A stretch of DNA of 63,134 nt, counting the filler, from Rhabdomonas costata (taxonomy: Eukaryota): NCBI GenBank assembly GCA_019059605.1. It is 53 parts of 53 records of this genome, joined end to end, with 100 filler letters (N's around TTAATTAATTAA, not from the genome) between each part and the next. Parts side by side here need not be neighbours in the genome. Positions count along the whole stretch, not along the records: positions 1 to 1,094 come from JAHMHO010028960.1; positions 1,195 to 2,288 come from JAHMHO010028961.1; positions 2,389 to 3,482 come from JAHMHO010028962.1; positions 3,583 to 4,676 come from JAHMHO010028963.1; positions 4,777 to 5,870 come from JAHMHO010028964.1; positions 5,971 to 7,064 come from JAHMHO010028965.1; positions 7,165 to 8,257 come from JAHMHO010028966.1; positions 8,358 to 9,451 come from JAHMHO010028967.1; 45 more parts are not named here. One strand, written 5' to 3'. Positions 1 through 12,056 of this stretch are shown here, piece after piece. Position numbers and translations under genes: made by a program. Within the stretch, counting starts at the first letter, position 1, and each line of letters opens with the position of its first letter. The notes beneath the pieces were generated by a model that was not told the DNA's origin, searched no databases, and worked only from the letters and a program-made list of their open reading frames with translations.

Positions 1-1094
1 GGGTGTGGGGCACACTGGATGGGGAGGAGGGGTGACGCCTTCCATGGTGCGCTGTGCCGTGTTGCCAGACCCCCTCGCGCACACACGCACACCCCCAGCA
101 TGCACCGCCAGAGGGGTTTGTTTGGGTTCGCCGCTATTTCTCGTCCCCCGGACGGGGGGGTTCGAGTTCTGTTCTCTGCGTTTGTGTGTGTGCGTGGACG
201 CGTTCCCCTCTTTCCTTCACCGCTTCTTCGGACCGGCTTCGGGATCCATCCGAGACGAGAGGGGGAGTGTGCTTGAAGGGGAGCACGGGGGGATCCTTAC
301 CGAGTTTTTCGCCATATTTGACACCCACCTGTCCAAACCTCTGTGTGTACCCTGCACAGCGGTAGGCTTCTTGGTGTCGATTTGCAGGTGGAGTGAGGTG
401 GGCGACCGCTTGTCACACAGTAGCAGCCAACTCCTTTTTAGGCAGGTTTGACGCTCATGGCCTGCGTAGGCCCGTTATCGTCCTGGATCTCCCTTTCTTC
501 CCATCATCCCAAACGTCTGCTCTTGATCTTCGCGTCCTTCCGCTTGATGCGCCCGCCGCCTAACGAAGTGGTCGACCCCCCAGTCTCACGTTAAAACCGG
601 GATTTGGGAATTTCCGCCGAAAAGATTTTCTCCTTGTAATATCGAGTCCCCCTGTATCAACTGTCTTATGGCGACCACGCTCATTTTTGGTATTTGGTAT
701 TCTAATTTTTCTTTGACATTTTGTTGCTTGCTTGGAAAATCCCGGTGGCGAGACAAAATTAATTCAAGGCGAAAGTACAGAGTATGTTCCGCGGCTGGGT
801 TTCTCGCTCTCTATGTCCAGAAAGGCTACCACACCACTCCGAAACACCGACTTGAATATCGGATTGATGATTCAGAATACCTCCATGTAAACCACGACCT
901 CCAACCAGAACAACTCCGCAATTTAGTGTGTACTTAATTTGTTATGAAAAATTATATCGACACAATAATGTTTGCAGCCATGTCTGTGATGGTCAACACC
1001 TCATTTACAACCAGCATTTTGGAATAAAAACTTTCCAGAACCTGACTGTATCAAAACTAAATCCATATCAAAATTAATTGATTTTATTTTTCAA

Positions 1095-1194
1095 NNNNNN
1101 NNNNNNNNNNNNNNNNNNNNNNNNNNNNNNNNNNNNNNTTAATTAATTAANNNNNNNNNNNNNNNNNNNNNNNNNNNNNNNNNNNNNNNNNNNN
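1095..1194. other. Artificial contig linker (44 N + TTAATTAATTAA + 44 N); first of 52 linkers spaced ~1193 bp apart, the last at 61942-62041
   Basis: The same N-padded 12-mer, with stops in all six frames, recurs at regular intervals. It causes the many ORFs ending in X...LIN/N. Confidence 0.99.
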
Positions 1195-2418
1195 GTGTTG
1201 TGTGCTTTGCTACAGGTCTCTTTTGCTATTGTTGTGTCGTTTCTGTGGTCCTTCTCTGCACGGGATTGTTTTGAATGGTGCCTTTTTCCTTGAGAACATC
1301 TTTGCGGTAGCGTTCTTTCCCCACGCAGCCATGTCCCAGTTCTGTATCCCTCGCAAGCGCCGTCCTCGTCCTGTGGTTCGTGGAGCGTGGTGCTCTTTTT
1401 TTTGTAGGCTTCTGCTGGGTATTCATAGCGTTTTCAACAGAATGAAATGCAAAGCCCCTCTGGATTGTGCTGCATCTTGGATCTGGAAGGGATGACCACA
1501 TGGGCTCCATTGACGATAGGCTTGTGACCTGGACGGCGCCCAGCAGCATACGAGCAAGCCCTTTTCCTTCAGGGAGAGTTCTCTGAAATTCCTGGGGAGT
1601 GGCGCTTTGCCCGCTCACTGTACAACTCCTAATTTTATATGCATTGATTCGTTCCCATATGGGAGCAAGTGCATCGTTTGTATGTGTTGATTTTTTCCTT
1701 CCTCTGAGACTTAGGGCAACAGATGCTTTTTCCTCTGTCAGTCGAGTTGACCTTGACAGGGCTTGCACTGGGTGTGAAGCGTTGCTTCTTTACCCCTGCC
1801 CATGCATGTTCAGATGGTGTTGTTTTGAGGGTTGCTGGCAGAGGTGGTGGCTTAATTCGACCCCCCCCCCCCGCAGCAGTGAGTTGCAGGGTGAGGTTCG
1901 GGAGCGAACCATGTGGCTTGCTCGCATTTAGTGCAAGAATTTTCGACTTCCCCTCAAGCTAAAAAGCAAAGCACCGTATCAAATACGGGAACAGACAACC
2001 TTTCAAACCATTTTACAGATCTCCGCCATGAAGTGAAGGGGATCCCAGGGGCCCAGCCCAGTCATATTCCACTTAATGGGCTTGCAATGAATATCTTGGT
2101 CTTTTCTGGTCCGGATTCTGGGTGTTGAGTTCCGTTATGTGCTTTCCATACAGCCCATCGCCCGCTTGCCTGCGCCTGCGGCGCCTCCCCCTCTGCTGCC
2201 TGGGACGCCAGGCCCCCCTGCGGAACTCTCTTCCCGAGCCCTGCTCCCCTCGGAGCAGGCCACCGCGAAACTGCCTGTGCCCCGCACCNNNNNNNNNNNN
2301 NNNNNNNNNNNNNNNNNNNNNNNNNNNNNNNNTTAATTAATTAANNNNNNNNNNNNNNNNNNNNNNNNNNNNNNNNNNNNNNNNNNNNTTTGTTTTTTTC
2401 TTGATCTGCGAAACGAGA

Positions 2419-3482
2419 ATGGCTTCTCCGCGTGCCTGCTCGTCGGCACCCTCGCTATCCACGATTGCTGGAATATCACAGAACGGGTCCTCGCGCTGCC
2501 CCAAGCCGCTCAGGCGCCTGGTGTCGATCCGGGTGCTTCTTTTCGTGGCCTTCCTGCTGCTGATGACCGTGAGCGGGTTCCTGGGGTACTACCTGACCTA
2601 CCTGCAGGGCCAGAAGTCGCTTCAGGAGATGGCGCAGCTGAGCATGTCGGAGGCTGCTGGTCGAGTGGACGTCCTTGTGCGGAGCAAGGTCAACCTGGGT
2701 CACCAGCTGAATCTCATGGGTGTGTGTTGTTTTCACCAGCTGAATATGATGGGTGTGTCTTGAATCTGGAAATGTGCTGTTTTTCCGAAGCGAAGGCCTT
2801 TTAGCCTGATGGACACTGATCTTGATATCAATCAAAACGAAATGGGAGCGCCACTTTTACCGCTTCGCGAAAAGCATAAACCGGAGGTTTTTGACCTGTT
2901 ATTTTTGGGAACTGATCATGCATCAAGTGATTTTATCGTTAAATCATGACGAGGGTCAGAGTGCAGTAGTCGGCTTGTCCAATGCCTGCAGGAACCAAAG
3001 AGGAGGTTCAAATCGGCGACATGGTTAGCAATAGCCTTGATTATGCTCCAGAGGGCAGTGGGCTTTAACAGCAATGCAAGCGCATCGAAGAATGACGTTT
3101 TGGTCCCTTTTCGCCTGAATAGTGTGCTTTGTTGTATGCAGTGTGTCATCGCTTTATCCCGAGGTCCTTGCCTTCCTCGTACCGTTTCGAGGGATAATTC
3201 AGGGGCTCACAGATTCCTTTTCTTTTCAGAGGCGTCAATTACGTTTCGCACACTCACCAAAAAATTTCCCCAACCCACAGAGAGCAATACCTTCTTCCAC
3301 AAGAACGTTGCCATGAACAACTTCGTCACGGCATTCTACCAGTGGCTGTCATTGACCACCGAGAACATCTTGAGCGTATCGGACAGCATCGTGGCCTCTC
3401 TGCTGGCTTGGGAGCCAAACAGTGGCATGGCGATTAGCCCTCTTGGCCCTTGGATGGTCGCTTTCGACTTCAACAAAACAAC
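2419..3482 (+). CDS. 5' part of a membrane receptor-like protein (N-terminal TM helix then extracellular region; cyclase or sensor-kinase-like architecture); exons 2419-2719 and 3230->3482
   Basis: MASPRAC...RVLLFVAFLLLMTVSGFLGYYLTY TM segment followed by an amphipathic helix (QKSLQEMAQLSMSEAAGRV). The GT(2720)...AG(3229) intron joins in frame (M-E-A-S-I-T-F). No catalytic domain is present in the contig. Confidence 0.55.
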
Positions 3483-4218
3483 NNNNNNNNNNNNNNNNNN
3501 NNNNNNNNNNNNNNNNNNNNNNNNNNTTAATTAATTAANNNNNNNNNNNNNNNNNNNNNNNNNNNNNNNNNNNNNNNNNNNNGGGGGGTTGGGGCACGCT
3601 ATTTTGGTCGCACCTTGCCGTTTCTCGCCGTCGCTGCCCAACATTTGTTTTTTTTCAACGCAGTGTTTCGTAAATGTAAGCTTGGTGTTCCAAGCTTTTC
3701 CCTTTTCCTTCCCTTTTTTTTGCTTGCATGAGACCTTCTGTATTGCTTTGTTGCTGTTACTGTTTCTGTTACCGCCTGGATGATGAAATTTTGCGAAAGT
3801 ATACGCACCTTCGCACGCAAACTCTGGAATTTCCTACAAACCTGTGCAAGCCCAATTGGCCGCTTTCTTTCATTGGAACTGTTCATCTCTCCAAATTCTG
3901 GGGTTGAAACGGGAAGTTTTTGTGGAATATTTGTGGACCCGAAAACGCCTCTGCTGTGCCGAAGGTCTAGTGAAAAGCAAACCAACCCCCCAAAAAAAAT
4001 GTCCAACCGTGTGTTTTGCCCGTGAGCCGATTAAATGAGTTATTTTATCATATGATATTCCGTTTATCATGCTGTGTGGGGTGCCACAACCGGCAATCGA
4101 GAGCGCGTTGCCCGTGGTCTGTGGTGTTGGTCCTGTTTCGTTTTAACCCTTGTTGTTCTCCAGCTTTTTGTAGAGGAGGCGGCCTTAGCTTATTTACTAA
4201 CCCGGCAGCTCGAAGGCA

Positions 4219-4415
4219 ATGCCTGTGTACAGGGGCCACTGCCACTGCGGAAACATTGCTGTTGAGCTGCAGTCGGAGAAGGCTGCCCATGAGCTTGTGC
4301 CGCGGACCTGCTCCTGCACGTTGTGCCAGGCCCACGGCGCGAGCTGGATCTCCGACCCTCAAGGGACAGCCACGGTCCGGCTCCAAGATCGCTCCGAAGT
4401 GAGTTTCTACCGCTG
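4219..4415 (+). CDS. GFA/CENP-V family Zn-binding protein, first exon (partial)
   Basis: MPVYRGHCHCGNIAV...PRTCSCTLCQAHGASWISDPQG shows the CxCG and CxCxxC motifs. Probable donor GTTTGC at 4416 after YR-W. Confidence 0.8.
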
Positions 4416-7244
4416 GTTTGCGAGCACGGGGGCTTGGCCAATCCGTTCCGGAGCTGCCTGCCACGCTGTGGAGTCTAGCTGAAATGGCTGTCTCTGGGAA
4501 ATGGTTCAAGCGAAGTAATTTGCATCTGAATCAGGCATCTGAATTCGGGCATTGACATTCAGCCATCAAATCTCAGTTTTTGAACGGCGGCCACCCGTCT
4601 TTTTAAATGCTCAAGGATCAAACATTACACACCGTAAAAATCACTGTTTTTCGCACCGCCCCTCCTCCCCCAACACNNNNNNNNNNNNNNNNNNNNNNNN
4701 NNNNNNNNNNNNNNNNNNNNTTAATTAATTAANNNNNNNNNNNNNNNNNNNNNNNNNNNNNNNNNNNNNNNNNNNNGGTTGTGGGGTATTAGGCTCCTTG
4801 AAGAGGTAGGGGGGTATCTGTCTTTATCACCTCTCACCTGGCGGCTCCCCTCTCACTCTCAGATTGGCCCCTCAGGACGCATGCGGGCAAGGGGGGAGGG
4901 GACCCGCCATCATCTGGACCCCCCATCTGGCATTCTTGGGCATCGGGGTCAGAGGGGTAGGTCCTGAGGTTGGGGTGTTAACCCTTCAGAAACCGCTCTC
5001 TAGTTCCAACCGTCGCAGAAGCCGCCGTTGAGAGCTGTCTTGAGCAAGCAATGAACGAGCTATTTCAGGTACGCCTGGCAATACGGGAACATACGGATGA
5101 GGCCACCAACACCTGGTGAGCTAAGGTCATAAGGTGACCGGTGGTCTCCCACTCAAGCCTATGAACTGAAGCGGACCATGGATACGTGGGGTGAGCTATG
5201 CAGTAACCCTGACGGCCCTGCTGTCATAGCCCCACAGTTGGGTAGTGCTGGTCCCTCGCGTAGGGTAACGCTGGTGGGTAACACCCTAGTATCAATTCTT
5301 ACTCGTAGACCACCGGTAGTTGTGGGAGGGAGTCGTGATCCCAACCACCATGGTACTACCCAACCTACGCATAGGATGTATCATGACAGAACCACCATAG
5401 CGTGTGCGGACCGAGCAGTGACTCAGGTACCCAACAGTGACGTTACGGTGAGACATAAACCGGTACACACCGAGTGCAGCACATGACCTCTGCATGTCAT
5501 CGAACCCACTGAGTGGTCAGGCCATAGCGTGTTAGCCCACACTACAAGATGGGAACGTGGAACAACCCGACTATAGCGGTTGAGGTAGCAGGGTAACGGT
5601 GAGGGTGCAATGCCTACACTCACTCCTACTGCCCGAACCACCACAGTCGCTAAGGGTGCAACCACCACCACTAGTAGGAGTAACGCTTAGCCATGGAGCT
5701 ACCGGTCACATCGAAGTGGCTGCTGCAACCCCAACCACCACATAAGGGTAAGCGTTGGACCACTGCAACCACCACTGCCACTGACTCACCCTCCACTGGC
5801 GATGCTGCGACACTCTAAGGATGGACCCACCCTCTGTATGTGATGCTGCCAAGGTGATGACCACCCCCCCNNNNNNNNNNNNNNNNNNNNNNNNNNNNNN
5901 NNNNNNNNNNNNNNTTAATTAATTAANNNNNNNNNNNNNNNNNNNNNNNNNNNNNNNNNNNNNNNNNNNNGTGTGTGTTCTCTAGAACTGCTTAGAGAAC
6001 AGCTCTTCCTTTTGGGTTGTGCCCCAGCGTCAAGCGCAGGGGAACTACTGCCGCTGCTTCTCATAGTGCCTACTGTTTTTTTACTCACACCAAGCAGGGG
6101 CGAGGGCCTCGTGGCAGTACAGCCCTGTCGTCTGCGATGCCTTCTGTTTCAAAAAACAAGGCGAGCTCCTCTCCTCGGATAGCACCTCCCGCACCCTGGT
6201 TCCGGACGCGGGCTCCGGCGGCAGCGGCTGCTCCTCAGCCTCGGGGCAAGGTCACCCCCGATGTGATCGGGGGATAAACGAAAGTGGTGCCCACCCCCTG
6301 TGTGTCGTTGCCATGCTGACAGTCAAGCGCCTTCCAAAGGAAAGTCTGCGTTCCAGACATCTCTCACCCCCCCTCCTTCAATATACCGTTTTTTGTTCAC
6401 GTGAATGAGAGGGCATTTTTTTTTGCAGTTTTTCAAGCTTTAGCAGGGAATTGACCTCCCTTACACACATGCACAATAAGGGTACCTTCTAACTTTTGTT
6501 ACATTTCTCAGACGGATGGTTCTGGTACCCTACAGCACTTTTTTCCTGAGCTGAATGAAAATCCACGTCCATGATTTTTTAACAGAATGATGTTTACTCA
6601 ACAAAGAACACAAAAATCACGTTTCTCAAAGTGGTGATTTTCGCCGGTGAACTTTCACTTCACCATTTTCTTGGCCTGCTTAGCTCTGGGTCGAAAGGCC
6701 GAATTTTCTTTTCTCGCATCGTTTTAAAATAGACGCTTGTTGAAGACTGAAATACCTGGCGATTGCGCGTTTGCTTGAAATGTCACGTTGCCAATTTTAT
6801 TCGCTGTATACTCTCCACATCCTCACCACCGTACTGACAGCTGCAGCTACTGGGCTCTCCTCCTTGACTAGTCTTGCCTACCACGCTGATTTCAGTTCAC
6901 CGCCACTTGATCAACGTCCACTTGACATTTCGTATTCGAAAAAAAGTCAAGAAAAAAGACCTTCAATAGATCAGGCAAGGACCCCAGACCGAGAGCCAAC
7001 ATCTCCGGAGTACCACTCCAGTTAGTTGTGGAGTTTAGCAAACATTCCCAAGTCCACAACCCACNNNNNNNNNNNNNNNNNNNNNNNNNNNNNNNNNNNN
7101 NNNNNNNNTTAATTAATTAANNNNNNNNNNNNNNNNNNNNNNNNNNNNNNNNNNNNNNNNNNNNGGTGGGGTGGGGGTGCATTTCTACGATTGCATCGGT
7201 TTAGCATGTGTGCGCGAAAGTTCGCTGCGTTTCGCTTTTTGCAG

Positions 7245-7375
7245 CTATGATCGCCCAGGCCCTTGGCCTGTACACAAGCCTCAGTGGGAAGGTTCCCTCC
7301 CCTGGGGTCGCCGGAAGTCAGGGCACAGCTGCTGGAAGCTCCGGCGCAAACACTTCGGACTCCTCGTCCTCGTGA
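7245..7375 (+). CDS. STOML2: Last exon of stomatin-like protein 2 (SPFH/Band 7 C-terminal region)
   Basis: After the TTTTTGCAG acceptor it reads xMIAQALGLYTSLSGK...SSSS*, resembling the conserved SLP-2 C-terminal SM(V/I)AQA(M/L)xxY motif. This frame is not in the ORF track. Confidence 0.6.
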
Positions 7376-8166
7376 ACGCAACAGCCGAGTTCTTTGTCAT
7401 GACAACCTTGTGGAGTTGCCTATCCCCAGTTGACCTCCGTTGTCGTGCGTTCGATCGGGTCGTGTGGTTTCTACCTTGCTTTGCGCTGTGGACTGGGACG
7501 TTCTCAGGACGTTTTCTGTACGTTCTCCACAGCGGTCCCCTTCGGCCATCACAAAAGACTACTGTGCTCCACACTGGCGGACTCGTTCCAGTCTATTTGC
7601 CAAAATGGCAACGGAAGGAATCAAACGAAAGCACGCATGCAGGAAGGCAAAAGCAAGAAATACTTTCATTCGGACTGCAGGGCGGGAAACTCTGACCAAG
7701 CGTTGTAAGTTCGGGCAGCTGAAACGCTGGCAAGCAGAAAAAGGTTTCTGTTCCGTACCGTATCCACCGTCAATTTTGCGAACCCTGGTCCACCCCATCC
7801 TTGAACCCAGGCAGCGCCGGAAAGGGCAACAGCACTTTTGAACGCGGCAACCTTTGGACCCATCAATTCCGCGCACCCCAGGGGCACTACACCGCAAATT
7901 AACCGTTTGCAAACACTTGTTCGCCATCAGCAATTGTTGAGTGATTTCCGCCCGTTGATCTCCGCCTGCCATTCAGGCATATAGGCGCCGGGCACCGGAG
8001 GGTTAGCGTAGAGAATGCCATCACCAATAGAACCAAAATATGAACACGTTCACGCCCGGTCCCCGAAAAAATGCGGGAACTACCTTGGAAGAGACAAAGG
8101 TGCACGGGGATATGAGTTGCGCGGGGCACGTCTCGATACTATTCTGCCAAACACAAACGGGGGCTT

Positions 8167-8252
8167 TTGGGAATTCTGCGTAAACCGGGGCACCCTACGC
8201 TTTTGCCGCGCCTCAAAAGCGTAGGGTGCCCCGGTTTACGCAGAATTCCCAA
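8167..8252. repeat. Perfect 39-bp inverted repeat (8-nt loop) at contig end; probable amplification fold-back
   Basis: TTGGGAATTCTGCGTAAACCGGGGCACCCTACGCTTTTG-ccgcgcct-reverse complement, directly before the A/C tail. Confidence 0.9.
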
Positions 8253-9551
8253 CACCCNNNNNNNNNNNNNNNNNNNNNNNNNNNNNNNNNNNNNNNNNNN
8301 NTTAATTAATTAANNNNNNNNNNNNNNNNNNNNNNNNNNNNNNNNNNNNNNNNNNNNGAGCACATAGAACTAACCCTGGTGTGGAAGGTCCGCACAGTTA
8401 TCATACCAGAGAAAAGATCAATTATAGCCCTCATTCCGACAATACTTGAAGATTCCCAATGGCACGGAGTCGGTGAGGCAACATTGTTGTTACGGGGGTT
8501 TCTGCGAAAGATGGCAGCAAGAACTCCCCTAACAACCTCAGAGACCTAAGCAGCAGTGTGGCAATGCATGCAGCTGTGCAACTGCGTGCAACTGCGCTAC
8601 AATAGCCTGGGACCCGTTGGGCTTAATTGGGTTTAGCGGTGAGCCGTTTTCGGCTCACCAAGGCACCTTCCGCTCCAACGTTCCATCTCTATAGAACCTG
8701 TGGCAACTTCGCGTGCGCCAGTAAGTCCACAGTGATCACCAACAACCAACCAACAAGGAAACCAGGAAACGGTCAATGCACAATGCGCCCTTTTCAACTG
8801 CACATACCAGCGCCAAAAGTACTTTTTGTGTTCATCTTTCTAATGGCGCAGACAACGAGTCAAAGACAATCAGCCTCATCATCTTCAGCCAATTAAGGAG
8901 TCGGAAGCATCAGCCAACAGAAAACGTGTTGTTGATATTCGGAAAAGAAATAACAAGTATCATCAATGTATCATCAATCCTCCACCGAATCGCAGTTCCG
9001 CGTGGTATTTTTTCGACATGATCCTGTGCAGTGGTGGTTGCAATCGTCCCAAACTGGTGGACAAAAAAGTACAATGCGAGGAAACATTCTGTATGTCATC
9101 TATTACGATTACACCGACAGCGTCACATGGAATATTTGGGTGCTTCCACCACCGACAGTGGCCGAATAACGTTATTTTACGTTAAGAAAAATAACACTTT
9201 TTCTCAATTTGACGTACAGTCGTTACTTCCTTTCGTTGCCGGACTTCAATGATGTGGTAAGGTGTCTCCGATAAAAACACAACGGTATCAAGTACGTTAT
9301 GCGAAACACCCTAGAACAGCAGTATCATATGTGAACCACTTCACAAATATCCGTCCCTATGCGACACCCACTTTTTCAGGGAAAGGCGGAAGAAGCAACG
9401 GCAAATCAGCCACAAAAGTGTGTCACATATAGAACCCTTTGCAAAAAACACNNNNNNNNNNNNNNNNNNNNNNNNNNNNNNNNNNNNNNNNNNNNTTAAT
9501 TAATTAANNNNNNNNNNNNNNNNNNNNNNNNNNNNNNNNNNNNNNNNNNNN

Positions 9552-9866
9552 GGTTGTGTGTCGAGCTGATGTTCAGGCCCGTCACGGTGAGGTTCACAGT
9601 GGCATCAATGCAAGAGTTACTGTAGTTGATCGGCCCGCTGACGTTGAACGGGCCCACAGTGACGTTGCCACACCCCACGGTGTAGTTGATGGCGTACGTG
9701 CCTCCCAAAAGGTACGTTGCCGTGACGTTGGTGGCGCTGGAGTTGCCCCCACACGGGCGCACCCCGCCCGCCGTCCGCCCGCTCATGTCCCGGCTCCGGT
9801 CTCCCCCATCAGAGCCGTCGCACAGACCCGCTGAGTCCGTGGCGTAGTTCAGCCCCATCCCACTCA
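9552..9866 (-). CDS. Internal exon of a secreted or surface glycoprotein (partial)
   Basis: GC3-rich frame ...CGGNSSATNVTATYLLGGTYAINYTVGCGNVTVGPFNVSGPINYSNSCIDATVNLTVTGLNISS has many N-x-S/T sequons. Confidence 0.55.
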
Positions 9867-10744
9867 CTTGGTGCATCATCGGTATTCCAGTGACTCCCCA
9901 CGGTGGGAACAGCTGACAACCAAATGAGAAAGCAATGTGCCAGAGCACATGTAGCATCGCCACAAAGGACGAGCACTGACTGCAGTCATCCCAACGAGAG
10001 TGCTTGCTTGTGGTGGTAATAAAAAGTAGGCAACAACCGAAACGATCTGCACTTTGACTAGGACATGCAGCGCCCACTGAGGAGCACGTCACGTCAGATC
10101 CAACAAGGAATAGGATCATCGAAAATGCTATGAACGGGGTGGTGTTTCCTGGAAAACACACACCCGAGCCGGAACTCAATCTGATCCCGGATACAATCCA
10201 CTCCGCTACATCCTGTCCTCCCCCCACAAAACATCCCACATGCAATGCCTGCATTGGAAAAAGAGGTATATCCGGACTCGCGGCCCAAGCCCAGCGTGGT
10301 CAGCAGCAGCTCATTCTTCGGTGTGAAAACCTGCCTATCCGGAGCCTCTCAGCCGGACGATGCACATATGCAAATCTGATCGCTTGGTGCATCCGGTGCT
10401 CCGCTACCACCACCTCACAGAAAACATGCGGTGGCCGTCCGCAAAAAGCTTCCCCTGCGAGTCCCTCAACTGGATGCAGGCCTGGTAAGCAAAGCCGCTC
10501 GCCGAGCTCCGCTTTACCCATTTAACGAGAATAAACAGCAACGGGCTGGGTTCAGCAGTGGGCTTCAGAGTTTTTATTTGGTCCGGCCGCTAAACCTCCC
10601 CATCGCGTTAAAACTGAAGAGAAGTTTCCCTCGTCCAAACCACANNNNNNNNNNNNNNNNNNNNNNNNNNNNNNNNNNNNNNNNNNNNTTAATTAATTAA
10701 NNNNNNNNNNNNNNNNNNNNNNNNNNNNNNNNNNNNNNNNNNNN

Positions 10745-10960
10745 TGTGTTGTTGTTGCTAGTGGTGGTGCAGGCCTGCCACAGCCCCTGCACGGCGTTGA
10801 TGTTGGGGAAGCTGCTGACGGTCATGCGCAGCCAGTTGTTCAGCACGCACGCCGCAATGCTGCACGACAGCACGGCGGTCAGGAAGAGCAGCCCGATTGA
10901 GGCGAAGGTGTAGGCCGCGCTCTTCGCGGTCGGGGTGAAGTCGGGCATACGGTACGGCAT
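10745..10960 (-). CDS. Claudin/PMP22/amastin-superfamily membrane protein, N-terminal part
   Basis: TM1 (SIGLLFLTAVLSCSIAACVL) then W...GLWQAC, the W-GLW-C first-loop signature. Confidence 0.75.
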
Positions 10961-12056
10961 TCTTCTTTTTGTGGGGGGGTTCCTTTGGTAGGCCGGTCTA
11001 AAGAACGAGAGATGAGAGAGAGGTGGGGCTCGGGATAGTGGGAAACAGAAACGTATTTCGACGCAACTGAGGAATAAACAAAACGGAAGTTCACCAGAGG
11101 CGCATGGAAAGAGAGGGAGGAACCGGTTCTGGCCTCCTCAGAGCTGAAGGACTGCCCCGAGTTCACGAGGAGACCAATGCATGGCTCCAAGGCATTGCGT
11201 GTGCAACACCACACATTCCCGGCCACTGTGTGTGAATAGGGCAGTCCTTAGAAAGTCCTCAGTCCTCAAGCCGCGGTATACGGTTGTTGGGAGATCAATT
11301 CAAGACATCCCCTGGTGTACGCAAGACGATTTGGAGGATCCCTCAGCAAGTTTCTCACATCTCTTCGCTGCACCGCACGTCAATGGTCCTCCATATCTAC
11401 TAGGTGTCGATTTACCATGCAACCCATCAGAAGGGAAAAGGGCATGAGACACTGTGACTGCTTGGTCGCACACAAAACAACAAGCTATCCGCAAAACGGA
11501 GAAAAGGCTGTCACCTGCTTACAGAGCAGCAGAAGGACAAATGCTCGAAGAGCCAGGTCGCTATCGGTGAAGTCATCCAGCAACACAAGAAAAGCACTCA
11601 GAGGAAAAAGCAGAACGGAACGGAACGGAACGGAAGAGACCAACTCCTGGGAGGCAAAACTGCAGGGACGCAAGCAGACAACGCCTGCACCACGAAAGCA
11701 GCGTCAAAGGAAGGAAAGAGAAAAGACAGCACAGCAGCACGGCAAGCGGTGGAAGGGATTGCCGGGGCATCTATGGCGGAAGAGCCTCGCATTGGACGTA
11801 ACCGTATCCAACGGGGGCGACAGTAGTACAACCCCACNNNNNNNNNNNNNNNNNNNNNNNNNNNNNNNNNNNNNNNNNNNNTTAATTAATTAANNNNNNN
11901 NNNNNNNNNNNNNNNNNNNNNNNNNNNNNNNNNNNNNCCAGAAACCTACTTATGGTCGTTGGCCTGTCTTCGCTGGAAATGGATGCAAACCTACATGAGA
12001 CTCTGTTCAACCTCGCATTTATGCGCGCAGAAACGCACAATTCTCTCTTCCCACAG

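Noticed and set aside
5..937. ORFs in the first contig
   Set aside because: No recognisable motifs, overlapping frames and no consistent exon signals.
1139..1150. Regularly spaced TTAATTAATTAA as a biological repeat or CRISPR-like array
   Set aside because: Always embedded in 44+44 N; it is a synthetic six-frame-stop linker.
2389..2410. T-rich contig start as a relic of the euglenid spliced leader
   Set aside because: Only a T-run matches, and it coincides with the G/T primer-derived terminus.
4978..4990. TTAACCCT as a piggyBac-like terminus (also near 56870)
   Set aside because: An 8-mer without a matching second terminus or transposase; a similar word occurs by chance inside the integrase CDS.
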